32,314 bases of DNA from Bacteroidota bacterium (GTDB lineage: Bacteria > Bacteroidota > Rhodothermia > Rhodothermales > UBA10348): NCBI GenBank assembly GCA_027620595.1, contig JAQCDI010000002.1:1-32314 (forward strand), read 5' to 3'. This document shows positions 1-8,508 of the stretch, piece after piece. The notes beneath the pieces are model-generated. The model worked only from the letters and a program-made list of their open reading frames with translations, had not been told where the DNA came from and did not search any database. The position numbers and the translations under genes are program-made. Position 1 is the first letter of the stretch. Each line of letters begins with the position of its first letter.

Positions 1-1894
1 CCCGTCCGATGACGCCGGCGTACATCTCCTCGATGAGATCAGCGTAACGCTCGCCGATGACCTTGCGCTTGAGCTTCATTGTCGGTGTCATCATGCCGTT
101 GTCCACCGAGAAGGGCTCGAGGACGAGACGGAAATCGCGCACTTTCTCGTGGGCCGCCGCACTGCGGGAGTAGGAGCGGAAGAGCTGTTGGAAGACGCGC
201 TGCACCTCTTCCGTGGCCAGAATGTCTGCCAGCGATGACGCAGCCAGCCCCTGCTCTTTGGCATACGAGCGGATCACACCCTCATCGGGCACTACCAGGG
301 CGGTCAGGAATTCGCGGGCCTCACCGACGATCATGATCTGGTCGATCCATGGCTCGTGTTTGAAGCCTTCTTCGATGGGGCCGGGGTAGATGTTCTTGCC
401 GCCGGCCGACACGAGCATGTGCTTGATGCGGTCGGTGATGACCAGGAAGCCGTTCTCGAATCGGCCGACGTCGCCCGTGTGGTACCAGCCGTCCTTGTCG
501 ATGGCCTCAGCCGTGGCTTCCGGATTGCCCCAGTAGCCTTTCATGATGTTGGGGCCCTTGGCAATGATTTCGCCGCTGGTCGTGGTCAGGGCGCTTGGGT
601 AGTTGTCGCCCACCTGCTCACCGAGGATTTCCAACGTGTCCGGATTCTGGATGGCCACCGTCACGCCCGGGATGATGTGCCCCACCTTGCCGTACTGCGG
701 ATCGTCGAAGGGGGAGATGGACAACACCGGAGAAGTCTCGGTCAGCCCGTAGCCTTCGACAATCGGAATGCCGGCAGAAAAGAAGAACTCTCCGATGGAC
801 TTGGGAAGCGCCGCGCCGCCCGACACTCCGAACTCGATGTGGCCCCCCAGCTTCTCGTGCAGCTTGGCAAAGACCAGCTTGAAGGCCAGTTTGTACTGCG
901 CAGAAAGGATGGGCCCTATCCGTTCGCTCCTGGCTTTCTTCAGGTTGTGGCGGAACCCGACATCCTGTGCCCAGGCAAAGATCTTCTTCTTGGCCGCGCC
1001 GCCTTCTTCGACGGACTTGCTGACTGCGTTGAAGATCTTTTCGTAGAGCCGCGGTACGGACAGCAGCACGGTCGGCTTGACTTCGAGGATGTCGCTCGTC
1101 ACGGTATCGATGCTGCGGGCATAGGAAATGGTCATGCCCGAGGCCAAGGTGCCGAGGTATCCACCGAGTCGCTCGAAGGAGTGACAAAGCGGAAGAAACG
1201 AGAGGTGGCGGCCCCCTTCTCGCAGTCGCAGTCGCGTCAGCGCCGATTTCAGGTTCTCACACAGGTTGGCGTGTGAGAGCATGACACCCTTCGGATTACC
1301 GGTGGTACCGGAGGTGTAGATCAACACGGCCAGATCTTCAGGTGTGACGCTTTTCTCATTTGCCCGGATGGCGTCCTCGAACTCGGTATAGAGGCCGTAA
1401 CCGCTTTCTATGGCGTCGTCGAACAGGTCCACGTAGTCGGGCAGCTCGTCGCGACCTTCCACCATGGACACGATGCGCTTCAAGTCCGGGCACACATCGT
1501 AGATCTCGAGGGCCTTCTTGAGCTGGATACCGGTCGAGACAACAAATACCGAGGCACCCGAGTCGTGGATGATGTAGCTGACTTCCTTGGGAGGCAGCGT
1601 CGTGTAAAGCGACACGTTGACGGCACCCAGCAACTGCGTGGCCATGTCGGCGTAGGCCCATTCAGGACGGTTTTCCGAAAGGATGGCCACACGGTCTCCC
1701 GGGCGAACCCCCTGTGCGTACAGGTAGCCGGCCATGGCGCGCGCGCGGTCCCGGAACTCAGTCCATTTGACGTCCACCCATTCCTTGGAGTCCTTGTCGA
1801 CGTAGCGGAGTACCGTCTGGTCCTTGCCGACGTGATAGTCCACCAGGCGGTTGAAGAGCTGCGGGATCGTGTTGAAGTCGACGAGGGCATTCAT
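1..1894 (-). CDS. fadD: Long-chain-fatty-acid--CoA ligase (AMP-dependent synthetase, FadD-like). The last few C-terminal codons lie beyond position 1.
   Basis: The ORF track omits it because no stop is reached before the window edge. My reverse translation from the ATG (revcomp of 1892-1894) reads MNALVDFNTIPQLFNRLVDYH...LIYTSGTTGNPKGVMLSHANL, which contains the AMP-binding motif. The same frame gives AIDKDGWYHTGD at 470-505 and FSVDNGMMTPTMKLKRKV near 60-115. Confidence 0.9.
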   Translation of the reverse strand, partial: MNALVDFNTIPQLFNRLVDYHVGKDQTVLRYVDKDSKEWVDVKWTEFRDRARAMAGYLYAQGVRPGDRVAILSENRPEWAYADMATQLLGAVNVSLYTTLPPKEVSYIIHDSGASVFVVSTGIQLKKALEIYDVCPDLKRIVSMVEGRDELPDYVDLFDDAIESGYGLYTEFEDAIRANEKSVTPEDLAVLIYTSGTTGNPKGVMLSHANLCENLKSALTRLRLREGGRHLSFLPLCHSFERLGGYLGTLASGMTISYARSIDTVTSDILEVKPTVLLSVPRLYEKIFNAVSKSVEEGGAAKKKIFAWAQDVGFRHNLKKARSERIGPILSAQYKLAFKLVFAKLHEKLGGHIEFGVSGGAALPKSIGEFFFSAGIPIVEGYGLTETSPVLSISPFDDPQYGKVGHIIPGVTVAIQNPDTLEILGEQVGDNYPSALTTTSGEIIAKGPNIMKGYWGNPEATAEAIDKDGWYHTGDVGRFENGFLVITDRIKHMLVSAGGKNIYPGPIEEGFKHEPWIDQIMIVGEAREFLTALVVPDEGVIRSYAKEQGLAASSLADILATEEVQRVFQQLFRSYSRSAAAHEKVRDFRLVLEPFSVDNGMMTPTMKLKRKVIGERYADLIEEMYAGVIGR

Positions 1895-2040
1895 GGGCGT
1901 CCGATGATGGGTGACATCAATGGCCGTGATGGTACGGCGGTGCGGGCCAACGCAGCAAGAACACGCAAAGCGCTTCCAGGTTGCCACGACCGGATGGGAA
2001 CAGGCTGGACTGCCTGCTCTCAAAACGCGATAAACCCTCC

Positions 2041-2069
2041 TTGACAATAAGTGTTACAACACGTATACT
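2041..2069 (+). promoter_or_regulatory. Sigma70-like promoter for marR: TTGACA (2041-2046), 17-bp spacer, TATACT (2064-2069)
   Basis: Both hexamers are read directly and are near-consensus with the ideal 17-bp spacing. The -10 ends 9 nt before the marR ATG at 2079, which implies a leaderless or nearly leaderless mRNA. Confidence 0.6.
2051..2062. promoter_or_regulatory. Candidate MarR operator S1, GTGTTACAACAC (inverted repeat GTGTT-N2-AACAC), lying between the -35 and -10 of the marR promoter
   Basis: It is the exact reverse complement of the 12-mer found at 2560-2571 and 2667-2678. Confidence 0.6.
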
Positions 2070-2078
2070 ACCAGGGTC

Positions 2079-2543
2079 ATGTCGACACATTCCCCCCATA
2101 GCGCCCCCAGGCCGCGGACGGACAGGCTGGAAGAAGAGGTATCCCTCGACATCCTCCGGACGGCATTCGCGTTGGAGCACTTCCTGGCGGAAGGGCTCAA
2201 GGAGCATGGACTGACGATGACCCAGTACAACGTGCTTCGCATTCTGCGGGGCGCGGGCAAGAAAGGGCTGTGTCGAAATGATGTCGGAGCGCGCATGCTG
2301 TCGCCCGTGCCGGACGCCACGCGCCTGATTGACCGACTGATTGCGTCCGGCTATGCGCAGAAGGACAAGGATCCGAACGACAAGCGGTATACGGCCACGC
2401 GCATCACCGAAAAAGGACTGGATCTGTTGACCACGTTGGATGAACCCATCATGGAAATGCACCGATTCCAATGGGGACATCTGTCCGCAGCCGAGTTGGT
2501 CACCTTGTCGTCGTTGCTGCGCACCAACAAACCGCCCGGATAA
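2079..2543 (+). CDS. MarR-family transcriptional regulator
   Basis: ORF of 154 aa. The winged-helix region LTMTQYNVLRILRGAGKKGLCRNDVGARMLSPVPDATRLIDRLIASGYAQKDKDPNDKRYTATRITEKG is typical of MarR. Confidence 0.85.
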   Translation: MSTHSPHSAPRPRTDRLEEEVSLDILRTAFALEHFLAEGLKEHGLTMTQYNVLRILRGAGKKGLCRNDVGARMLSPVPDATRLIDRLIASGYAQKDKDPNDKRYTATRITEKGLDLLTTLDEPIMEMHRFQWGHLSAAELVTLSSLLRTNKPPG

Positions 2544-2559
2544 AAAATTTTTCTATTGC

Positions 2560-2585
2560 GTGTTGTAACACACTTGTTGTGACAC
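2560..2585. promoter_or_regulatory. Candidate MarR operator S2, GTGTTGTAACAC (2560-2571), followed by a degenerate copy TTGTTGTGACAC (2574-2585)
   Basis: An exact 12-mer repeat that starts 17 nt after the marR stop. The adjacent copy matches 10 of 12 positions. Confidence 0.55.
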
Positions 2586-2666
2586 GCACTCAGGCTTGAA
2601 AACATCATTCCCTGACCCTTCCCCGACATGCCCCCGCTACGACCATGACCATCTTCCTTCCGACGA

Positions 2667-2678
2667 GTGTTGTAACAC
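2667..2678. promoter_or_regulatory. Candidate MarR operator S3, GTGTTGTAACAC, ending 2 nt before the yceI start codon
   Basis: An exact 12-mer repeat. S2 and S3 share the 14-mer GTGTTGTAACACAC. Confidence 0.55.
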
Positions 2679-2680
2679 AC

Positions 2681-3313
2681 ATGATGAAGAGTGCCCTTGT
2701 AGGACTCAGCCTCCTTTTTACGTCAGCCACTGACACCACACAGACCACGACGACCATGACTACCGCAGCTGAAACCACCACCACGACCACCTGGAACATC
2801 GACACGGCCCACACGCAGGTCGAATTCGTGGTCAAGCACATGATGTTCGCCAAAGTGCGCGGCGCATTCACTTCCTTCTCCGGCTAAATCGTGGCGGGTG
2901 AGGACGGGGACCTGGCCAGTGGTCAGTTCAACGCCACCATCGAAACGTCGAGTGTCGACACGGCCAACGAACAGCGTGACAACCACCTTCGTTCGGGCGA
3001 TTTCTTTGATGCTGAGAACCACCCGGCCATTACGTTCAACAGCACCTCGATCGAGCGCGTTGCCGACAAAAAACTGAAGGTATCCGGCGATCTGACGATC
3101 CGCGGCATCACGAAAAACATCGTCCTCGATGTCACCGAAACGGGTACGGGCATCGATCCGTGGGGCAACCTGCGCATCGGAATCCAGGCCCAGGGCACGG
3201 TCAACCGCAAAGAGTTCGGTCTGACCTGGAATCAGGCGCTTGAAGCCGGTGGCGTCCTGGTTGGCGACGAAGTACAGCTCGTCATCGAAGCCCAGGCAGT
3301 CAAAGCCAACTGA
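2681..3313 (+). pseudogene. yceI: YceI-family periplasmic (polyisoprenoid/lipid-binding) protein interrupted by an in-frame TAA at 2885-2887
   Basis: ORFs 2645-2887 and 2891-3313 are in the same frame and are separated only by the TAA. The joined product has a signal peptide (MMKSALVGLSLLFTSA), a Thr-rich linker and then the YceI pattern: WNIDTAHTQVEFVVKHMMFAKVRGAFTSFSG*IVAG..IETSSVDTANEQRDNHLRSGDFFDAENHPAITFNS..GDLTIRGITKNIVLDV..RKEFGLTWN. Confidence 0.8.
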
Positions 3314-3341
3314 TATTCCTCATCGGAATCAGGGACCATGA

Positions 3342-3371
3342 GCCCGGTCTGCCCCGTAAGGCAGACCGGGC
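3342..3371 (+). terminator. Intrinsic terminator hairpin between convergent yceI and pyrD
   Basis: A perfect 12-bp stem pairs GCCCGGTCTGCC (3342-3353) with GGCAGACCGGGC (3360-3371) across a 6-nt loop. It is followed by CCTTCTTATTC on the + strand. Confidence 0.7.
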
Positions 3372-3380
3372 CCTTCTTAT

Positions 3381-4487
3381 TCAGGCCTCCGATTTGATTC
3401 CCACGACTTTCGAGATGGAAGAGTGGCCTTCTTCTTTCATCAGCCGGACCAGGCCTTCCTTGATGGAGCGGATGAGCCCGGGGCCCTTGTAGACGAGGCC
3501 GGTGTATACCTGGATCAGGGAAGCGCCGGCCTTGATGCGTTCGTAGGCATCCTCGGCTGACGAAATGCCACCGACACCAATGATCGGCACCTTCCCCTTG
3601 GTCTTCCGGTAGAGATACCGCACGAGTCCGGTGGCGCGGGCCTTCAGGGGTGGACCACTCAGGCCACCTCGGCCGATCTTCTCGATGACAGCGGACGACG
3701 TCCGGAGGCCTTCGCGATCCGAGGCGGTATTGGTGGCAATGAAACCATTGACCCCGTGCCCGAGGGACACCAGGAGCAGCTCGTCAAACAGGCTGTCGAG
3801 GATGAAACGGTCGGTGTGCGGTGGCGAGAACTTCACCAGGACGGGCACGCGGCGCTTCATCTCGGCGCGTTCCCGCATGATGGCCCTGAGCAGCGCATCC
3901 AGTGAGTTGGGGTCCTCAAAGGTCTTGCCCTCTGCCGTGTTGGGGCAGGAAACGTTGAGGGCCACGTAGTCGGCGTACGGGGCCAGCAGACGGAAGCTCT
4001 CGCAGAAATCAGCAATGGCAGCTTCTCCCTCGATCGAGGGATCGTGTGTCTTGGCCAGGTTGACGCCGACGGGGAAGGCAATCTGACCGGCCTGCATTGC
4101 AAGGCGCCGCTGCACGGCAGCGGCGCCGACATTGTTGAGCCCCATCCGGTTGATGAGGGCCTCGTCCCCGGGCAAACGGAAAGCGCGCGGTTTCTTGTTG
4201 CCCTTCGATTTGCGGGCGCTCACGCTGCCCACCTCCACGAATCCACAGCCCGCCTTGCGGAAGAAGGGAATCAATCGGGCATTCTTGTCGAAGCCTGCGG
4301 CCAATCCCACCGGATTGGCAAACGTCTTGCCCAGGATCTCCTGGTGCAGGGAGGGGTGGGCGTACTGGTACATCGAATCCAGCAGGAACGGCGTCCATTG
4401 CTGGGCGAACCGCGCCGTGAGGGAGGCCACATTATGGGCCGTTTCCGGACCGAGGGCGAAGAGGGCGGATCGGAATGCGGAATACAT
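3381..4487 (-). CDS. pyrD: Dihydroorotate dehydrogenase (quinone), class 2
   Basis: 368 aa with motifs NPVGLAAGFDKN, GFVEVGSV, NRMGLNN, NVSCPNT, GGLSGPPL and IIGVGGI. Confidence 0.95.
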   Translation of the reverse strand: MYSAFRSALFALGPETAHNVASLTARFAQQWTPFLLDSMYQYAHPSLHQEILGKTFANPVGLAAGFDKNARLIPFFRKAGCGFVEVGSVSARKSKGNKKPRAFRLPGDEALINRMGLNNVGAAAVQRRLAMQAGQIAFPVGVNLAKTHDPSIEGEAAIADFCESFRLLAPYADYVALNVSCPNTAEGKTFEDPNSLDALLRAIMRERAEMKRRVPVLVKFSPPHTDRFILDSLFDELLLVSLGHGVNGFIATNTASDREGLRTSSAVIEKIGRGGLSGPPLKARATGLVRYLYRKTKGKVPIIGVGGISSAEDAYERIKAGASLIQVYTGLVYKGPGLIRSIKEGLVRLMKEEGHSSISKVVGIKSEA

Positions 4488-4569
4488 GCGTTATCGGCTT
4501 GACGGGCGAACCCCGGAACAGGGGCGGCGCCGACAAGATACATCACAGAGGACCTGCGGGGACCAACCG

Positions 4570-5367
4570 ATGGAGCTCACCATCCGCCAGGTGGACGCGT
4601 TCACCCGGAAACCCTTTGCCGGCAATCCGGCCGCCGTTTGCGTCGTGGAAGCTTTTCCCGACCATGCCTTCATGCAGGCCGTGGCCAATGAGATGAACCT
4701 CTCGGAAACGGCGTTCGTGCGCCGTCGTGGGGACGGAGACTGGGATCTGCGTTGGTTCACGCCGGCGGCCGAGGTGGATCTCTGCGGGCATGCCACGCTG
4801 GCCACCGCGCATACCCTTTTCGAGCAGGGTCTGGTTGAAGCCACTGCAACCGCCGTTTTCCAGACCCGCAGCGGTGCCCTCCGCGTAACGCAGAGCACCT
4901 CGGGTCAGCTGGAAATGGATTTTCCGGCCGAACCGGCCAATCAGGGATTTCCTGGGGAGCTGATCGACAACGCCCTGAACACCGACTGCCTGCGCCATGC
5001 GGCCAACCGTATGGATGCTTTGGCTGAGCTGGAGAACGAAACCGCGCTGCGAGAGCTGAATCCCGACATGTCGGCCATTGCGTCCCTCGACGTGCGGGGC
5101 CTCATCGTCACGGCGCCGGCCGACGAACCGGGCGTGGATTTTGTGAGCCGCTTCTTTGCACCGCAGCTGAATGTGCCGGAGGATCCCGTTACCGGATCTG
5201 CGCACTGCTGCCTGGCGCCCTGGTGGGGACGTCGGCTGGGCAAGACGGTCATGAAGGCCAAGCAGCTCTCGGCCCGCGGCGGGGAGGTCGAGGTCGAGCT
5301 CAGCGGGGAGCGCGTGTTGCTTCGTGGTTACGCCGTTACGGTCATGAGCGCGACGCTCAAGGTCTGA
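4570..5367 (+). CDS. PhzF-family (phenazine biosynthesis-like) isomerase
   Basis: The product reads MELTIRQVDAFTRKPFAGNPAAV..NLSETAFV..WFTPAAEVDLCGHATLA..FFAPQLNVPEDPVTGSAHCCLAPWW. I moved the start to ATG 4570 because the upstream part of ORF 4132-5367 is antisense to pyrD and looks like non-protein sequence. Confidence 0.85.
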   Translation: MELTIRQVDAFTRKPFAGNPAAVCVVEAFPDHAFMQAVANEMNLSETAFVRRRGDGDWDLRWFTPAAEVDLCGHATLATAHTLFEQGLVEATATAVFQTRSGALRVTQSTSGQLEMDFPAEPANQGFPGELIDNALNTDCLRHAANRMDALAELENETALRELNPDMSAIASLDVRGLIVTAPADEPGVDFVSRFFAPQLNVPEDPVTGSAHCCLAPWWGRRLGKTVMKAKQLSARGGEVEVELSGERVLLRGYAVTVMSATLKV

Positions 5368-5397
5368 GGTTCGCCCGAAAACCGGATGGGCCTGGAC

Positions 5398-8300
5398 CTA
5401 CCAGCCCGGGATGATCTGGAAACCGAAGTGCGCGCCCTTGACAGGTCGCTGCCAGGGCTTGGCGTAGAAGATCTCCAGTACGGTGTATCCGAAGAGGTTG
5501 ACGCGGGTCGAGACACCGGTGGAAAACACAGGAATGCGCTCGGCGCTGCGGGTATCCTTGAACCACTCCGATACGGGGCCGATTTGCGGCGGATCGTTGG
5601 CCGTCCACGCCACGCCGCCGTCCACGAACAGCGCGATCTCCGTGGGCAGGTACGGGAAGTTGATCAGTCCGAACTGCTCGGTACCGAAGAGCGGAATACG
5701 CAACTCCATGGACGCCAATCCCATGCGGGTACCCAGAAGCCGGGATTGTTCGGCGCAGATGCCCGATGGCGTAGGCGTGCATTCCTCGATGTTGTCGAAC
5801 GAGGAGAACGAATAGCCGCGCACGAAGCTCTGGCTGTTGGCGTAGCCGAGGTATTCCTGCGTGAAGAGCGAACCGCTGGTCTCATCGGCCCCGTAGTTGC
5901 CCATGTGCAATCCGCGCATGGCAAACGTCAGGGGTGAGAACTGGAAGTAGCGGCGGTAATCGGCCCGCACCCGGACGAAGCGTGCTGTCCCGATGTGGGG
6001 TACCACTTCGAAACGGGAGCGTCCACCGCGCACGGGCGAAGTGAAGCCGAAGAAAGAAAAATCCGAGACCAGTGCCAGGCCCGTAGTGGCAAAGTACTGG
6101 GCATCGGGTTCGGAGTCGTTGAGCTGCGTCCGATCCCGGGTCACGAATCCAGTCACGGGATCGAACCGGAATGTGTCCAACTCATAGTCGAATCCATACC
6201 GGGTGGCACCCACCGAGGCCTCCAGGCGCCGGGTGGTCGTGAAGGCGTACGAGGACAACCCTTCGATCTGATCGATGTAGATGCGCTGCCGCAGGTTGAG
6301 GATGCTCTGCCCGTCGTTGCCGATGAAGGACGAACCGAACAGGATGGGAATGTGGCCGCCCACCACGCCCCAGTTCATGCGCCGTTCGCGGTTGACATAG
6401 GCCACCTGCGCACCGACATCCTTGAACGTGCCGTTGGCCTGGGCAATAACGGTCAGGTTCTGATTGCCCAGCATGTCCGAGAAATAGAATCCGACCCCAC
6501 CGGAAACACCCGCGCCGTAGAGGCCGCCGGCCTGCACGCCGATGGACGGTGGTGCCACATAATCCAGGACCAGGCGCGGGCTGTAGGCCCGGGTGGACGT
6601 ATCGAGATCCGGCGGCAGGCCCGTCAACGGGTCCTGGATGTAGTTGCTGACAAGGCCTTCGTCGACCGCTGCGGCCGGAGGCAGGATGGCCGCCACAGAG
6701 GAGGAGGCAGCCAGGCTGAAGTCCACAGGTTGGCCCGTCAGTTGATCGGCTTCCCGGGCAAACACGGTGTAGTTGCCGTCGGAGAATACCGAGAAGACCA
6801 TACGGCCGTTCTGCGCGGCTACGGTCATGGCCGGGCTCATGGCCGTGATGCCGGAGACACCGGTCTTGAGGTGTGTCAAGCGGTGCACCGAGTCGTCCGT
6901 ACGGTCGAGCCGGTAGAGGTCCTTGAATCCGTCGTGGTCCGAAATGAAATAGAGCTGATTGCCGTCCGGCGAGAACTGCGGGTTGTGGTGCAAGCCTTCG
7001 AAGGGACGGTGAACCGTGATTTCCAGCGTCTCGGTGTCGATCACAGCCAAACGGGGCTCGCCGTATTCGAGTGTCCGGAAATTGGTGCCTGCTTCGCCGC
7101 GATCTGTCGTGAAGGCAAGGTGCCGGCCATCCGGGTGCCACGCGGGCTGCAGGTCGGCAAACCGGTCGTTGGTCAGCTGCCGAACGGATCCGTTGCTCAT
7201 ATCGAGCAGATAGAGGTCCGAGATGCCGCCATCCATGCCGGAAAAGGCAAGGATGTCGGGGTCGGGAGACCAGGCCAGGTTGGTGATGGCCGAAACACCA
7301 TCCACCTTGAATCGCTGAACGATATCTCCCTTGGCCCAGTCCAGGATCGAGATCTCGTTGTCTCCTTCGACGAAGGTGATGAAGGCAAACTGGCGTCCGT
7401 CCGGAGACCAGGAGCCAGCTGATGAAATGAAGCGGATGGCGTCGAAGTGCGCATCCCGGTTGCCGCTCTTGAGACGGCGGATCACCCGGCCGGTGTTGGC
7501 ATCGGCAATGAAGAGGTTGATCTCGAAGAGGTCCTTCTCGCTCAGGTAGGCTATGTACTGACCGTCCGGACTGACGACCGGGGCGATGTTCATGTCGCCC
7601 GAATCCAGGTTGCTGGACAGGACCTCCCTTCCGGCTGCCGCCATGCTGTCACGATCGGCCGTGAGGGGCAGGTAGGCCTCCTTGACGGCAGCAATCCACT
7701 CGTTGGAAAGGGAGTCGGCGCTGATCCCGAGGGTGTAGACGAACGCCGAGTCCACGCCGACCCGTCCGGACAGCTTGAAGAGGTTGGCCACGGCCACATC
7801 CCCGTACTTACCGCCGATGTAGGCAAGGTAGGCCTGGCCGTAGCGATAGGGGAAGTAGCTCATGTCCCGCGTGATGGTGTCGATCGTGGGCAGGTCGTCG
7901 CGCATCGCGGCGTCCCGCATCCACATGGCCGTGTGGGCGTCGACCCGCCCGACCGAGAAGTACTCGGCCATTCCTTCCACCAGCCAGAGCGGAATGAGTT
8001 GGAAGGCGAACCGGATGGAATCGGTCCGAGAAAGAGCAATGTCGTACTGGAAGGAGTGGACCAGTTCATGGCCCAGGACGTGGTCGGTGTCCTTGTAAGA
8101 GCCCGTGAGCGGCATGATGACCCGCTCCTTCAGCCCTTCCGTTACCCCGCCGGTGCCTTCACCGAGCGCACCCCCGATGGCGTTCGTCTGGTGGAAGTCT
8201 GCGTCATTGGCGTAGAAGATGACCGGCTTGCGCTCATAGAACTCGCGCAGGAAGGTGCGGCTGTGCCGCTGGTACCAGCGCTCGGCCATGCGGGCGGCGT

Positions 8301-8508
8301 CCTCGACGGCCTCGCGTTCTTCCGGATACAGGTAGAATTCGAAATGGTCGGTGCGGAATGATTCAAAATCGAATTGGTCGTACTGCACCTTGTTGCGCCC
8401 GAAATATTGCGCCTGGGCCACCTGGGGAAGGACCAGGAGGCTGGCAAGCAGCACGAAGACGACCGAGGGCCACATGGAGGATCGGAACGGGGAAAAGGAA
8501 CGGTTCAT
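5398..8508 (-). CDS. Outer-membrane multidomain protein: signal peptide, gluzincin-like HExxH domain, TolB-like PD40 beta-propeller, C-terminal Omp85/BamA-type beta-barrel
   Basis: 1036 aa.
- Signal peptide: ..LLVLPQVAQAQ.
- Protease-like motifs: HELVHSF plus EGMAEY.
- Repeated PD40 motifs: SPDGQYIAYLS, SPDGRQFAFIT, HPDGRHLAFTT, SPDGNQLYFIS.
- C-terminus typical of Bac_surface_Ag barrels: ELRIPLFG..LFVDGGVAW..STGVSTRVNLFGYTVLEIFYAKP..HFGFQIIPGW, with an aromatic terminal residue. Confidence 0.85.
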   Translation of the reverse strand: MNRSFSPFRSSMWPSVVFVLLASLLVLPQVAQAQYFGRNKVQYDQFDFESFRTDHFEFYLYPEEREAVEDAARMAERWYQRHSRTFLREFYERKPVIFYANDADFHQTNAIGGALGEGTGGVTEGLKERVIMPLTGSYKDTDHVLGHELVHSFQYDIALSRTDSIRFAFQLIPLWLVEGMAEYFSVGRVDAHTAMWMRDAAMRDDLPTIDTITRDMSYFPYRYGQAYLAYIGGKYGDVAVANLFKLSGRVGVDSAFVYTLGISADSLSNEWIAAVKEAYLPLTADRDSMAAAGREVLSSNLDSGDMNIAPVVSPDGQYIAYLSEKDLFEINLFIADANTGRVIRRLKSGNRDAHFDAIRFISSAGSWSPDGRQFAFITFVEGDNEISILDWAKGDIVQRFKVDGVSAITNLAWSPDPDILAFSGMDGGISDLYLLDMSNGSVRQLTNDRFADLQPAWHPDGRHLAFTTDRGEAGTNFRTLEYGEPRLAVIDTETLEITVHRPFEGLHHNPQFSPDGNQLYFISDHDGFKDLYRLDRTDDSVHRLTHLKTGVSGITAMSPAMTVAAQNGRMVFSVFSDGNYTVFAREADQLTGQPVDFSLAASSSVAAILPPAAAVDEGLVSNYIQDPLTGLPPDLDTSTRAYSPRLVLDYVAPPSIGVQAGGLYGAGVSGGVGFYFSDMLGNQNLTVIAQANGTFKDVGAQVAYVNRERRMNWGVVGGHIPILFGSSFIGNDGQSILNLRQRIYIDQIEGLSSYAFTTTRRLEASVGATRYGFDYELDTFRFDPVTGFVTRDRTQLNDSEPDAQYFATTGLALVSDFSFFGFTSPVRGGRSRFEVVPHIGTARFVRVRADYRRYFQFSPLTFAMRGLHMGNYGADETSGSLFTQEYLGYANSQSFVRGYSFSSFDNIEECTPTPSGICAEQSRLLGTRMGLASMELRIPLFGTEQFGLINFPYLPTEIALFVDGGVAWTANDPPQIGPVSEWFKDTRSAERIPVFSTGVSTRVNLFGYTVLEIFYAKPWQRPVKGAHFGFQIIPGW

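Noticed and set aside
2605-2871. Minus-strand ORF with poly-Val runs (VVVVVVSAAVVMVVVV)
   Set aside because: It is the antisense reading of the Thr-rich (ACC/ACG) linker of the yceI gene, so it is an artefact.
2885-2887. Programmed readthrough or recoding of the yceI TAA
   Set aside because: I know of no reassignment of TAA in bacteria. TAA followed by A is a strong terminator context, and no downstream structure is evident. It is kept only as a minor alternative to a nonsense mutation or a sequencing error.
4550-4558. 9-mer GGACCTGCG is found downstream of two CGGGCGAACC copies (4550 and 32260). This hinted at a longer composite repeat.
   Set aside because: The spacing differs (47 versus 17 nt) and the other junction copies lack it, so it is probably coincidence.
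4132-4569. 146-aa N-terminal extension of the PhzF ORF
   Set aside because: It overlaps pyrD on the opposite strand and is Arg/Pro-rich junk. The PhzF family begins at MELTIRQVDAF (4570).
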